Source: an uncultured Pseudomonadota bacterium
GTDB taxonomy: Bacteria > Pseudomonadota > Alphaproteobacteria > JACZXZ01
Assembly (NCBI GenBank): GCA_963749075.1
Contig: CAVVLJ010000023.1
Coordinates: 32,001-96,000, forward strand
Length of the DNA: 64,000 nt
Direction of reading: 5' to 3'
The position numbers and the translations under genes are program-made. The notes under the pieces were generated by a model. That model did not search any database and had not been told where the DNA came from. It worked only from the letters and a program-made list of their open reading frames with translations. This document shows, piece after piece, positions 1 through 10,566 of this stretch (positions within the stretch are counted from its first letter, which is position 1; each line of letters begins with the position of its first letter).

Positions 1-1365
1 TTCGTCCTTGGCGGCGCGGCCGAGGCTGCGGGCAAGATAGCCCCCGAGAGCCGCCAGCAGATTACCTACAGCTTTGCGCCCGTGGTGAAGAAGGCAGCGC
101 CCGCGGTCGTCAATATCTACACGCGCACCGTGGTCGAGCAGCAGCCGAGCTCGCCCCTCTTCGCCGACCCCTTCTTCCGCCGCTTCTTCGGCCAGGGCCT
201 GGGCGCCCCCGAGCGGCACGTGCAGAACGCCCTCGGCTCCGGCGTGATCGTAGCACCCGAGGGCATCATCGTGACCAACCAGCATGTGGTCAAAGACGCC
301 CAGGAGATCACCGTGGTGCTCTCCGACCGCCGCGAGTTCGCGGCCAAGCTGATCGGCTCGGACGAGCGCGCGGACGTGGCCGTGCTCAAGATCGACACCC
401 ACGGCGAGCCGCTGCCGGCGCTCGAGTTCGGCGATTCGGATGCCGTCGAGGTGGGCGATCTCGTGCTCGCCATCGGCGACCCGTTCGGCGTCGGGCAGAC
501 GGTGACGAGCGGCATCATCTCGGCGCTGGCGCGCACCACCGCCGGCATCAACGACTTCAACTTCTTCATCCAGACCGACGCGGCGATCAATCCCGGCAAC
601 TCGGGCGGCGCACTCGTCACCATGGACGGCAAGCTGATCGGCGTGAACACGGCGATCTTCTCCGGCTCGGGCGGCTCGATCGGCATCGGCTTCGCCATTC
701 CCTCCAACATGGTGCGCTCGGTGGTGCGCAGCATCCGCGAGGGCGGCAAGCTGGTGCGGCCGTGGTTCGGTGCGGAGGGCGAGACCGTCACCTCCGACTT
801 GGCCGGCACGCTCGGGCTCTCGCGCCCTGCGGGCGTGCTCATCAACGACATCTTCAAGGGCGGACCGGCGGCCGCGGCCGGCCTCAAGCCCGGCGACGTC
901 ATCCTCAAGATCGATGGCCGAGCGGTCGAGGACGCGGACGCGCTGCGCTACCGCATCGCCACCAAGCCGGTCAACACCAGGGCCGAGCTCACCGTCTACC
1001 GCCACGGCCGGCAGCTCGATGTGGCGATCGCCCTCGCCGCACCGCCCGAGACGCCGCCGCGCGATGCATCGCTGCTCGCCGGCCATTCGCCGCTTGCCGG
1101 CGCCACGGTCGAGAACCTCTCGCCCGCCGTCGCCGACGAGCTCGGCATCGACGCCTTCCTCCACGGCGTCGTGGTGAGCCATGTCGCGGCCGGCACGCCG
1201 GCGGCCAACCTCGGCGTCAAGCCGGGCGACGTCATCCTGCGCGTCAACGGCGCCGAAATGCGCCTCGTCGGCGATCTCAAGGCCGCCGTCGCCGCCTCCG
1301 CGAGCAGCTGGCGGCTCACGCTCCGCCGCGGCGAGCGCGTGCTCAACGTGGTGGTCGACAGTTGA
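1..1365 (+). CDS. degP: DegP/DegQ (Do-family) periplasmic serine protease, 5' partial
   Basis: GSGVI, TNQHVV and QTDAAINPGNSGG trypsin motifs plus two PDZ domains; the frame is open from base 1, so the true start is upstream. Confidence 0.93.
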   Translation, partial: FVLGGAAEAAGKIAPESRQQITYSFAPVVKKAAPAVVNIYTRTVVEQQPSSPLFADPFFRRFFGQGLGAPERHVQNALGSGVIVAPEGIIVTNQHVVKDAQEITVVLSDRREFAAKLIGSDERADVAVLKIDTHGEPLPALEFGDSDAVEVGDLVLAIGDPFGVGQTVTSGIISALARTTAGINDFNFFIQTDAAINPGNSGGALVTMDGKLIGVNTAIFSGSGGSIGIGFAIPSNMVRSVVRSIREGGKLVRPWFGAEGETVTSDLAGTLGLSRPAGVLINDIFKGGPAAAAGLKPGDVILKIDGRAVEDADALRYRIATKPVNTRAELTVYRHGRQLDVAIALAAPPETPPRDASLLAGHSPLAGATVENLSPAVADELGIDAFLHGVVVSHVAAGTPAANLGVKPGDVILRVNGAEMRLVGDLKAAVAASASSWRLTLRRGERVLNVVVDS

Positions 1366-2660
1366 CGAGCCTCTTCCAGGCCTCCGCACCTCGGCCGCTG
1401 GCGGACCGGCTGCGCCCGAAGAGTCTGGCCGAGGTGGTGGGCCAGGACCATCTGCTCTCGCCCGAGGGCCCCATCGGCCGCATGGTGGCGTCCCGCCGCC
1501 TCGCCTCGATCATCCTCTGGGGCCCGCCCGGCTCGGGCAAGACGACCATCGCGCGCCTCTTGGCGCAAGTCAGCAAGCTGCAATTCGAGCTGCTCTCGGC
1601 CGTGTTCTCCGGCGTGGCGGAGCTGCGCAAGATCTTCGAGGCGGCGAGGAAGCGCCGCGAAATGGGCGAGGGCACGCTCCTCTTCATCGACGAGATCCAC
1701 CGCTTCAACCGCGCCCAGCAGGACGGCTTCCTGCCTTACGTCGAGGACGGCACGGTGACGCTCGTGGGCGCCACCACCGAGAACCCCTCCTTCGAGCTCA
1801 ATGCCGCCCTCCTCTCGCGCTGTCAGGTTCTGGTGCTGCGCCGCCTCGACGATGCGGCGCTCGAGACCCTGCTTCAGCGCGCCGAGGCGGCCGAGGGCCG
1901 CGCGCTGCCGCTCGATGCGGAAGCGCGCGCCACGCTGCGCGCCATCGCCGACGGCGACGGGCGCTACGTCCTCAACTTGGCCGAGGAGCTCTTCGCGCTT
2001 GAGCCCGCGGCACCCCTCGACACTCAGGCCCTCATGCGCGCCGTGCAGAAGCGCGCGCCCCTTTACGACAAGGCGCAGGAGGGCCACTACAACCTCATCT
2101 CGGCCCTGCACAAGAGCCTGCGCGGCTCGGACACGGACGCCGCCCTCTACTGGCTCGCGCGCATGCTGGCGGGCGGCGAGGACCCGCGCTACGTGGCGCG
2201 CCGCCTCACGCGCTTCGCCGTCGAGGACGTGGGGCTCGCGGACCCGGCTGCCCTCCTCCAGGCCATCGCCGCCTGGGAGACCTATGAGCGGCTCGGCTCG
2301 CCGGAGGGCGAGCTGGCGCTCGCCCAGCTCGTCATCTATCTCGCGACGGCGCCCAAGTCGAATGCGGCATACGTAGCACTCGCCGCCGCCAGCCGGTCGG
2401 CGCGGGAGACCGGCTCGCTGGCACCTCCCATGCACATCCTCAATGCGCCGACGCGGCTCATGCGCGATCTCGGCTACGGCAAGGGCTACGAGTACGACCA
2501 CGACACGCCGGAGGCCTTCTCCGGCCAGAACTACTTCCCCGACGGCATGGCGCGCGCGACCTTCTACGAGCCCGCCGAGCGCGGCTTCGAGCGCGAGATC
2601 AGGAAGCGCCTCGATTATTGGACGAAGCTGCGCGAGAAGAAGGCGCGGGGCGAGGGGTGA
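1362..2660 (+). CDS. rarA: Replication-associated recombination protein A (AAA+ ATPase)
   Basis: PLADRLRP, WGPPGSGKTT, FIDEIHRFN, GATTENPSF, ISALHKS; TTG start overlaps the degP stop. Confidence 0.95.
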   Translation: MTSLFQASAPRPLADRLRPKSLAEVVGQDHLLSPEGPIGRMVASRRLASIILWGPPGSGKTTIARLLAQVSKLQFELLSAVFSGVAELRKIFEAARKRREMGEGTLLFIDEIHRFNRAQQDGFLPYVEDGTVTLVGATTENPSFELNAALLSRCQVLVLRRLDDAALETLLQRAEAAEGRALPLDAEARATLRAIADGDGRYVLNLAEELFALEPAAPLDTQALMRAVQKRAPLYDKAQEGHYNLISALHKSLRGSDTDAALYWLARMLAGGEDPRYVARRLTRFAVEDVGLADPAALLQAIAAWETYERLGSPEGELALAQLVIYLATAPKSNAAYVALAAASRSARETGSLAPPMHILNAPTRLMRDLGYGKGYEYDHDTPEAFSGQNYFPDGMARATFYEPAERGFEREIRKRLDYWTKLREKKARGEG

Positions 2661-3655
2661 GCGGCGCCGTCGAGAGGCGCGTGGTGGCGGCCGACGAGGC
2701 GGGCCTGCGCCTCGACCGCTGGTTCAAGCGCCATTACCCCACGCTTCCCCACGGCCGGCTCGAGCGGCTCCTGCGCACGGGCCAGGTGCGCATCGACGGC
2801 CGCCGCGCCAAGGCGGGCGCCAGGCTCGACGCCGGCCAGAGCGTGCGCGTGCCGCCGCTCGAACCGAGCGCGCCGGCGCTGGCGCGGGAGCGGGAAGTGA
2901 GCGAACGCGAGGCGAGGCTCCTCGAGAGCTACGTGCTCTACCGCGACGACGACGTACTCGCGCTCAACAAGCCGCCGGGGCTTGCCGTGCAGGGCGGCAC
3001 GGGGACCGGCCGGCACCTCGACGCCATGCTCGACGCCTTGCGCTTCGGCTCGGCCGAGCGGCCGCGCCTCGTCCACCGCCTCGACCGCGACACGAGCGGC
3101 GTGCTCCTCATCGCGCGCAACGCCCTTGCCGCAACGAGGCTCGGCGAGGCCTTCCGCGATCGCACCACGCGCAAGATCTATTGGGCCGTCACGGTCGGCC
3201 TGCCCAAGCCGCTCCAGGGCAGGATCGACCTCCCCATCGCGAAGAAGGCCGCCGCCCGCGGCGGCGAGCGCATGGCGCCCGACGCCGAGGAGGGCCAGCG
3301 CGCCGTCAGCTACTACCGCGTGCTCGACCACCTCGGCCGCAAGGCGGCCTGGGTGGCGCTCTGGCCGGTGACCGGGCGCACCCACCAGCTCCGCGTCCAT
3401 ATGGCGGCAATCGGCACGCCGATCCTGGGCGACGGCAAGTACGGCGGCAAGGAGGCCTTCCTCGCGGGCGAGGCGATGCCGCGCGAGCTCCATCTCCATG
3501 CCCGCGCCATCGCGCTGCCGCATCCCCGCACCGGCCGCCCGCTGGCACTCCAGGCGCCGCTCCCCGAGCACATGCGCGCCACCTGGCGCCTCTTCGGCTT
3601 CGCCCCCGAGACCCACGAGGACCCCTTCGCCGAGCTCGAGGTGCGGTCGCTCTAA
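2657..3655 (+). CDS. rluC: RluA/RluC-family 23S rRNA pseudouridine synthase
   Basis: S4 domain (RLDRW), NKPPGLAVQGG, VHRLDRDTSG, TGRTHQLRVH, PILGDGKYG; GTG start overlaps the rarA stop. Confidence 0.9.
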   Translation: MSGAVERRVVAADEAGLRLDRWFKRHYPTLPHGRLERLLRTGQVRIDGRRAKAGARLDAGQSVRVPPLEPSAPALAREREVSEREARLLESYVLYRDDDVLALNKPPGLAVQGGTGTGRHLDAMLDALRFGSAERPRLVHRLDRDTSGVLLIARNALAATRLGEAFRDRTTRKIYWAVTVGLPKPLQGRIDLPIAKKAAARGGERMAPDAEEGQRAVSYYRVLDHLGRKAAWVALWPVTGRTHQLRVHMAAIGTPILGDGKYGGKEAFLAGEAMPRELHLHARAIALPHPRTGRPLALQAPLPEHMRATWRLFGFAPETHEDPFAELEVRSL

Positions 3656-3680
3656 GCTCGGTATCGCGGATGCGCAGTCC

Positions 3681-3781
3681 ACCCCCCTCCCCAACCCTCC
3701 CCCTCAAGGGGGGAGGGGGAAGTTCGGCGGTACGCCAAGCACTTTCCCTCCCCCCTTGAGGGGGAGGGTAGGGTGGGGGGT
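3681..3781. repeat. REP-like palindromic repeat dimer (CCCTCCCCCTCAAGGGGGGAGGG type)
   Basis: Two inverted hairpin units between convergent genes; a near-identical copy lies at 22741-22838. Confidence 0.85.
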
Positions 3782-3803
3782 CCAATTCCAGCGATGGCGA
3801 GCA

Positions 3804-4742
3804 TTAAACCGGCTTCGCGGCCGAAGAGGCGACGGTCCATGGTGCCGCTCCCGCCGTGAAGCGGCGCACGAGGAAATCGAGGAGCACGGCGACCCGGACC
3901 GCGCGCGGACCGCCTGCCGGCGTGAGGATGTTGAGCGCCAGCGGCGGTGCTGCCCAGTCCTGGAGGACGGCGACGAGGCGTCCGTCCTCGACGGCCTGCC
4001 AGGCGAGGAAATCCGGCTGGAGTGCGATCCCGGCGCCGGCTTCGAGCGCGAAGCTCAGCGCCTCGGCGTTGGTGGCACTGAGCCGGGGCTTGATCGCGAC
4101 GGCCTCCTCGCTGCCGTCGGCGGCGGTGAAGCGCCAGGTCTCGCCACTCGTGAGATAGCTGTAGGCAAGGCAATCGTGGTCCTTGATGTCCCGCGGCCGC
4201 TGCGGCGTGCCGTGGTGCTGGAAATAGGCCGGCGTGCCCACGACGAAGCGGCGCACCGGGCAGAGCCGGCGGGCGATCATGCTCGAGTCCGGCAGATCGG
4301 CAATGCGCAGCGCCACGTCGATGCCGCCCGCGACGAGGTCCACGAGGCGGTCGTCGAGCTGGAGATCGACCGAGACCTCGGGATAGCTTGCTAAGAAATC
4401 CGGCAGTGCCGGCGCCAGGTGGCGCATTCCGAACGACATGGGTGCCGCGAGGCGCACGCGGCCGCGCGGCGTCGCCGACTTGGCCTGGGCCTCCGCCTCG
4501 ACCGCCTCGCCCTCGGCGAGGATCTGCGCCGCCCGCACCGCCAGCACGCGGCCGGTCTCGGTCAGCGACAGGCGGCGCGAGGTGCGGTGGATGAGCCGCT
4601 CGCCCATGCGCGCCTCGAGCCGCTTCAGCGCCTTCGACACGGTAGCGCCGGACAGGCCGAGCTCGGCGGCGGTCCGCGCGAAGGAGCCGGTTTCCGCCAC
4701 CTTGGCGAAGATCGCCCAGGCTTCGAGGTCTGGAAGCGGCAT
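3804..4742 (-). CDS. LysR-family transcriptional regulator (CrgA/DmlR-like)
   Basis: N-terminal HTH FAKVAETGSFARTA...RLEARMGERLIHRTSRRLSLTE; divergent from pirin. Confidence 0.92.
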   Translation of the reverse strand: MPLPDLEAWAIFAKVAETGSFARTAAELGLSGATVSKALKRLEARMGERLIHRTSRRLSLTETGRVLAVRAAQILAEGEAVEAEAQAKSATPRGRVRLAAPMSFGMRHLAPALPDFLASYPEVSVDLQLDDRLVDLVAGGIDVALRIADLPDSSMIARRLCPVRRFVVGTPAYFQHHGTPQRPRDIKDHDCLAYSYLTSGETWRFTAADGSEEAVAIKPRLSATNAEALSFALEAGAGIALQPDFLAWQAVEDGRLVAVLQDWAAPPLALNILTPAGGPRAVRVAVLLDFLVRRFTAGAAPWTVASSAAKPV

Positions 4743-4757
4743 GGCAGGACCCCAAAA

Positions 4758-4778
4758 ATGGAAACGATGACATTCCAT
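4758..4778. promoter_or_regulatory. Inverted repeat ATGGAA-N9-TTCCAT, probable LysR operator
   Basis: Perfect 6-bp arms just upstream of the LysR start in the divergent intergenic region. Confidence 0.55.
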
Positions 4779-4863
4779 CCTTTCTATTTTCACGGGCACC
4801 GTCCAGCACCAAATTAGGCGCAACAGGCGGCCGAGGCCGCGACCCCTTGGAGGAGCATCCGAC

Positions 4864-5562
4864 ATGATCGAGCGCAGGCCGTTCGCCGCCTTGGGCGGAG
4901 CCGACCACGGCTGGCTCAAGGCCAAGCACCATTTCTCCTTCGCCGGCTACTACGATCCCGAGCGCATGCACTGGGGCAATCTCAGGGTCTGGAACGACGA
5001 CGAGATCGCCGCCAAGACGGGCTTCCCGCCGCATCCCCATGCCGACATGGAGATCATCACCTACGTCCGCGAGGGCGCCATCACCCATCGCGACTCGATG
5101 GGCAACACGGGCCGCACCGAGGCGGGCGACGTGCAGGTCATGTCGGCCGGATCGGGCGTGCGCCACTCGGAATACAATCTCGAGGACGAGACCACCCGTC
5201 TTTTCCAGATCTGGATCGAGCCGACCACGCGCGGCGGGTCGCCGTCCTGGGGCGCCAAGCCGTTCCCCAAGGCCGACCGCTCGGGCCAGTTCGTGACGCT
5301 GGCGAGCGGCTTTGCCGAGGACAAGGAAGCCCTGCCGATCCGCACCGACGCGCGCGTCATGGGGGCGACCGTCAAGGCCGGCGAGCGCGTAACGCTCGCC
5401 CTCGACCCCGAGCGGCACGCCTATCTCGTACCGGCGACGGGCGCCCTCGAGGTGGGCGGCGTGCGCATCGAGGCGCGCGACGGTGCCGCGATCACCGGCC
5501 TCGACAGCGTGGAAATTGTCGGGATTGACGACGCGGAGGTGGTCCTCGTCGACGCCGCCTGA
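4864..5562 (+). CDS. Pirin-family protein (YhhW-like)
   Basis: HGWLKAKHHFSF, GFPPHPHADMEIITYV, MSAGSGVRHSE, FQIWI. Confidence 0.93.
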   Translation: MIERRPFAALGGADHGWLKAKHHFSFAGYYDPERMHWGNLRVWNDDEIAAKTGFPPHPHADMEIITYVREGAITHRDSMGNTGRTEAGDVQVMSAGSGVRHSEYNLEDETTRLFQIWIEPTTRGGSPSWGAKPFPKADRSGQFVTLASGFAEDKEALPIRTDARVMGATVKAGERVTLALDPERHAYLVPATGALEVGGVRIEARDGAAITGLDSVEIVGIDDAEVVLVDAA

Positions 5563-5650
5563 GGGCCGGAGCGAGCGCAGCAGACCAGGCTCGGTCCGTC
5601 GCAAGAGCAATCCCTATCGCACGCGAAACCATTCGAACCGGAGAAGCCGC

Positions 5651-6298
5651 ATGTCGTATCAACAGATGATCAGCCCGTCGAACTGCGCGCTTGCGCTGAT
5701 CGACTTCCAGCCGGCCATGTTCCAGGGCGTGCAGAGCCACGACCGCAAGGTCATCGTGGACAACGTCCAGGTGCTGGCGCGCACGGCCAAGACCTTCAAG
5801 CTGCCGGTCGTCATCAGCACGGTGGCCAAGGACAGCTTCTCGGGGCCGTTCATGCCGGAGGTGACCGAGGGCGTCTTCCCGGGCCACGCCGTGATCGACC
5901 GCACCTCGATCAATTCCTGGCTCGATCCCAACTTCCGCAAGGCGGTCGAGGCGACCGGGCGCAAGCGCATCGTGGTGGCCGGTCTGTGGACCAGCGCCTG
6001 CGTGAGCTTCCCGACCTTCGACATGCTGGCCGCCGGCTACGAGGTCTTCTTCGTCGCCGACGCCTGCGGCGACACCTCGCACGAGGCGCACGAGCGCGCG
6101 GTTCAGCGCCTCATCCAGGCGGGTGCCGCGCCGATGAGCGCTCTCCAGTTCGTCTTCGAGCTGCAGCAGGATTGGGCGCGCGCCGAGACCTACGACGCCA
6201 TCATGGAGATCCTCAAGGACTTGACACCCTACGGCATCCAGGTGCGTTTCTCGAAATGGGCGCTCGGCGAGCACGCTTCGGAAGCGGGCAAGGCGTAA
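5651..6298 (+). CDS. YcaC-like isochorismatase-family cysteine hydrolase
   Basis: LIDFQP, DRTSINSW, AGLWTSACV, DACGD. Confidence 0.88.
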   Translation: MSYQQMISPSNCALALIDFQPAMFQGVQSHDRKVIVDNVQVLARTAKTFKLPVVISTVAKDSFSGPFMPEVTEGVFPGHAVIDRTSINSWLDPNFRKAVEATGRKRIVVAGLWTSACVSFPTFDMLAAGYEVFFVADACGDTSHEAHERAVQRLIQAGAAPMSALQFVFELQQDWARAETYDAIMEILKDLTPYGIQVRFSKWALGEHASEAGKA

Positions 6299-6342
6299 GC
6301 CGTCTCCCGACGCGCCGCCGCCCAACCGCCGGAGACCCGCTC

Positions 6343-8236
6343 ATGACCCGCCCCAACGACGCGCCCGACCTCATCCTTCATCGCGGCCTCTTCGCCACGC
6401 TCGACCGCTCGAACCCCGCTGCCAGCGCGGTCGCGATCAAGGACGGCACCTTCGCCGCGGTCGGCCGCGAGCAGGACGTGATGCTGCTCGCCGGGCCCGC
6501 AACCAAGGTCATCGACCTCAAAGGCCGCCGCGTATTGCCGGGCCTCATCGACAACCATCTCCACATCATCCGCGGCGGCCTCAACTTCAACATGGAGCTG
6601 CGCTGGGATGGGGTGCGCTCGCTCGCCGACGCGATGGCCATGCTCAAGCGCCAGGTGGCGGCGACCCCGCCGCCGCAATGGGTGCGCGTCGTGGGCGGCT
6701 TCACGGCGCATCAGTTCGCCGAGAAGCGGCTGCCGACGATCGACGAGCTCAATGCCGTAGCACCCGAGACGCCGGTCTTCATCCTCCACCTCTACGACCG
6801 CGCGCTTCTGAACGGTGCCGCTCTCCGCGCCGTGGGCTATACCAAGGACACGCCCGAGCCGCCCGGCGGCGAGATCGTCCGCGACGCCGCGGGCAATCCG
6901 AGCGGGCTCCTGCTCGCCAAGCCGAACGCGGCGATCCTTTATGCCACTTTGGCGAAGGGGCCGAAGCTGCCCTTCGAGTACCAGCTCAACTCCACGCGCC
7001 ATTTCATGCGCGAGCTCAATCGCCTGGGCGTCACGGGCGCCATCGACGCGGGCGGCGGCTTCCAGAACTATCCCGAGGATTACGCCGTGATCCAGAAGCT
7101 GGCCGATGACGGGCAGCTCACCATCCGCCTCGCCTATAACCTCTTCACCCAGAAGCCCAAAGGCGAGAAGGACGATTTCCTCAACTGGACGCGAACGTCG
7201 AAATACAAGCAGGGCGGCGACTATTTCCGCCACAACGGTGCCGGCGAGATGCTGGTGTTCTCCGCCGCCGACTTCGAGGATTTCCGCGAGCCGCGGCCGG
7301 ACATGCCGGCCGAGATGGAGGGCGAGCTCGACGCCGTCGTCCGCATCCTCGCGGAGAACCGCTGGCCCTGGCGGCTCCACGCCACCTATGACGAGACGAT
7401 CAGCCGGGCGCTCGACGTCTTCGAGCGCGTCGACCAGGACATCCCGCTCGCGGGGCTCAACTGGTTCTTCGATCATGCCGAGACGATCTCGGACCAGTCG
7501 ATCGACCGCATCGCAGCGCTTGGCGGCGGCATTGCCGTGCAGCACCGCATGGCCTATCAGGGCGAGTATTTCGTCGAGCGCTACGGCCCGGGCGCTGCCG
7601 AAGCGACGCCGCCCGTGGTGCGCATGCTGGAGAAGGGCGTCAAGGTCTCGGCCGGCACGGACGCCACCCGCGTCGCCTCTTACAACCCCTGGGTCTCGCT
7701 CGCCTGGCTCGTCACCGGCCGGACGCTCGGCGGCCTCGCCCTCTATCCACGGCGCAACTGCCTCGACCGCGAGACGGCGCTCAGGATGTGGAGCGAGAAC
7801 GTGACCTGGTTCTCGGGCGAGGAGGGCAGGAAAGGGCGCATCGAAGTGGGCCAGCTTGCCGACCTCATGGTGCCCGACCGGGATTATTTCGCCTGCGCCG
7901 AGGAGGAGATCGCCGCACATCGCGTCAGACCTCACCGTCGTCGGCGGCAAGGTGGTCTACGGCGCCGGCGACTTCCGGCGCCTCGACGACGCCCCGCCGC
8001 CGCCCGCGATGCCGGACTGGTCGCCGGTGCGAACCTTCGGCGGCTATGGCGCCTGGGGCGACAAGCGTGCTGCCGGCCAGGTGCCGGCAATGCGCGAGGC
8101 GGCCGCGGCGTGCGGCTGCGCCCATCGTTGCAGCATTCACGGCCATGACCACGCCGCCGCCTGGTCCGGCCGCATTCCCGCAGCCGACCTCAAGAGCTTC
8201 TGGGGTGCGCTCGGCTGCGCCTGCTGGGCGGTTTGA
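6343..8236 (+). pseudogene. YtcJ/NfdA-like amidohydrolase 3 with a +1 frameshift near 7916 (pseudogene or sequencing error)
   Basis: PGLIDNHLH, RLHATYDE, DHAET, GTDATRV; the C-terminus (SDLTVVGGKVVY...FWGALGCACWAV) continues in another frame after gccgCacatc. Confidence 0.85.
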
Positions 8237-8251
8237 GAGGAGAGAAATTCC

Positions 8252-9139
8252 ATGCGCATGAGCAGCGCCCTTCTGTTGATCGCCGGCCTGGCCTGTATCG
8301 GGGCAACTGCTGCCGCCAAGCCCGCAACGCCGGTTGTCGCGGTCGGCCCGCAGTACGACACGACGCATGTCTATGTCGCACCCGAGGATTTCGAGCGCTT
8401 CGTCGCAAGCCTCTTGGCGACGTTCGGCGGCACCGCGTCGAAGGAGGGCGTCTTCACCGTCACCCCGACGCCGAGCAGCACCATGTCCCAGCTGGTGCTC
8501 ACGCCTGTCGGCACGCTCTCCGTCTTCGGCTTCAAGACGCCGGTCCCCTATCCGTTCGGCGCGGAACGCACGGGCTATCTGGTCACCGACCTCGATTTGG
8601 CGGCCCGCGTCGCCCGCGCCGGCGGCGCCGACGTGCTCGTGACGCCGTTCAACGATCCCATCGGCCGCGACGTCATCATCCAGTGGCCCGGCGGCGTCGG
8701 CATGCAGCTCTATTGGCACACGACGAAGCCCTCCTATGCGCCGCTCGCGACCGTTCCGGAAAACCGCGTCTACGTGTCCGCCGACCGGGCCGCCGCGTTC
8801 GTTCGCGGCTTCGTGGCTTTCGCGCACGGCAAGATCGTCTCCGACGACGCCCATGCGCCCGGCGTCGAGATCGGGCGCCCGAAGGAGAGCTACCGGCGCA
8901 TCCGCATCGAATCGACGTTCGGCAGGATGACCGTGCTGGTGACCGACGGCCATCTCCCCTATCCCTACGGCCGCGAGCTCACCGGCTACGAGGTCGCGAA
9001 GCTCGCGGACACCCTTGCCAAGGCGAAGGCGGCCGGGGCGGTCGTGCTGGCGGGCCCTTACAGCGCCGATCATCGCGACGCCGCGATTCTGCAGTTCCCC
9101 GGTGGCTACATCGCCGAGATCCACGCTCCCGCCGGCTGA
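8252..9139 (+). CDS. Secreted glyoxalase/VOC-family protein
   Basis: Signal peptide; PQYDTTHVYV; repeated beta-alpha-beta modules; QFPGGYIAEIH. Confidence 0.7.
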   Translation: MRMSSALLLIAGLACIGATAAAKPATPVVAVGPQYDTTHVYVAPEDFERFVASLLATFGGTASKEGVFTVTPTPSSTMSQLVLTPVGTLSVFGFKTPVPYPFGAERTGYLVTDLDLAARVARAGGADVLVTPFNDPIGRDVIIQWPGGVGMQLYWHTTKPSYAPLATVPENRVYVSADRAAAFVRGFVAFAHGKIVSDDAHAPGVEIGRPKESYRRIRIESTFGRMTVLVTDGHLPYPYGRELTGYEVAKLADTLAKAKAAGAVVLAGPYSADHRDAAILQFPGGYIAEIHAPAG

Positions 9140-9152
9140 GCCCGGCGCGGTC

Positions 9153-10547
9153 GTGCCGCGGCGCACCTTCCTGGTCGTGCTGTTGGCTCTCTTTGCAAGA
9201 GAGACGCCCGTCCTGGCCGACGATGCCGCGGCAGTGCGGCCGGCGATCATGTTCTACCGCTGGCAGGAGGATTGGTCGGCGTTGGCGGACCCGGCGCTGC
9301 GCACCGAGCCGTTCGACGCTCTCAAATACATCCCCCTGGCGCCCGACGATCCCAAGAGCTACGTCTCGCTGGGCGCCAATCTGCGCGAGCGCTTCGAGTC
9401 GGTCGACGCGCCGTCCTTCGGTATCGGCAAGCAAGCCGGCGAGAGCTACCTTCTCCAGCGCTTCCAGATTCACGCGGATGTCCGTCCGGACGAGAACTGG
9501 CAGATCTTCGCCCAGCTCGAGGACGCGCGCGCGCCCTGGAAGGCTACGCTCACTCCCGTCGACGAGGACCAGCTCGATCTCGCCCAGGCCTTCGTCGCCT
9601 ATTTCGCTCCGCTTGCCGGCGGCGAGCTCAAGGTCAAGATCGGGCGCCAGGAGATCGGCTTCGACCTGCAGCGCTTCGTCTCGGTCCGCGACGGCCCGAA
9701 CGTGCGCCAGGCCTTCGATGCGGCGTGGGTGGACTGGGAGACGGACCCCTGGCGGGTCATCAGCTTCTGGGGCCATCCGGTGCAATATCGCAGCGTCAGT
9801 CCATTCGACGATTTCTCCAACGGTCATTTCCAGTATGGCGGCTTCAGGGTCGAGCGCAAGGACGTGGGGCCGGGAAAGCTCTCCGCCTATTACTCGCGCT
9901 ATGAGCTGGACGGCGCCAAATATCTTTACGCCGCCGGCAACGAGCGGCGCGACATCGGCGACGTGCGCTACGCGGGTGCGGCGAGCGGCGTCGACTGGGA
10001 CCTCGAGGCCATGGGCCAGGGAGGCAATGTGGGTGACGCCCGCGTGCGCGCCTGGGCGCTCGGCGCATTGACCGGCTACACCTTCTCGCACGTGGGCTGG
10101 ACGCCGCGCCTGGGCCTCCAGGCGGACGCCGCCTCGGGCGACCGCCATCCCGGCAGTGGCACGCTCGGGACCTTCAATCCGCTCTTCCCCAACGGCTACT
10201 ACTTCACGCTCGCCGGCTTCACCGGCTATACCAACCTCATCCACCTCAAGCCGTCGCTCACGGTGAAGCCCACGGGGAAGCTGACGCTCCTCGCGGCCCT
10301 CGGCCTGCAATGGCGCGAGACGGCGGCCGACGCCGTCTACACCCAGCCCGATGTCCCCGTGCCGGGCACCGCCGGGAAGCCGGGGCGCTGGTCGGGCGCC
10401 TATGGGCAGCTCCGCGCCGATTGGGCGGTGACGCGCAACCTTGCCGCTGCCGTGGAGGCCGTCCATTACGAGATCGGTCAGGCCATCAGGCGCGCCGGCG
10501 GCCACGATTCCGACTATCTCGGCGTCGAGCTCAAGTTCGGCTGGTGA
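9153..10547 (+). CDS. Alginate export (AlgE-like) family outer-membrane beta-barrel
   Basis: Signal peptide, RWQEDWS, GRQEI...RDGPNVR, ASGD...GTFNPLFP, C-terminal aromatic residue; start uncertain. Confidence 0.8.
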   Translation: MPRRTFLVVLLALFARETPVLADDAAAVRPAIMFYRWQEDWSALADPALRTEPFDALKYIPLAPDDPKSYVSLGANLRERFESVDAPSFGIGKQAGESYLLQRFQIHADVRPDENWQIFAQLEDARAPWKATLTPVDEDQLDLAQAFVAYFAPLAGGELKVKIGRQEIGFDLQRFVSVRDGPNVRQAFDAAWVDWETDPWRVISFWGHPVQYRSVSPFDDFSNGHFQYGGFRVERKDVGPGKLSAYYSRYELDGAKYLYAAGNERRDIGDVRYAGAASGVDWDLEAMGQGGNVGDARVRAWALGALTGYTFSHVGWTPRLGLQADAASGDRHPGSGTLGTFNPLFPNGYYFTLAGFTGYTNLIHLKPSLTVKPTGKLTLLAALGLQWRETAADAVYTQPDVPVPGTAGKPGRWSGAYGQLRADWAVTRNLAAAVEAVHYEIGQAIRRAGGHDSDYLGVELKFGW

Positions 10548-10566
10548 GATGACGGGCTCGCGCGCG

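Noticed and set aside
3652-5610. Long alternative ORFs here and throughout (e.g. 49999-52230, 55024-57126, 30056-32308)
   Set aside because: Antisense or off-frame shadows of well-supported genes in high-GC DNA; Arg/Ala/Pro-rich with no motifs
9153-10547. Alginate biosynthesis
   Set aside because: No other alg genes; the AlgE-like family includes many small-molecule porins
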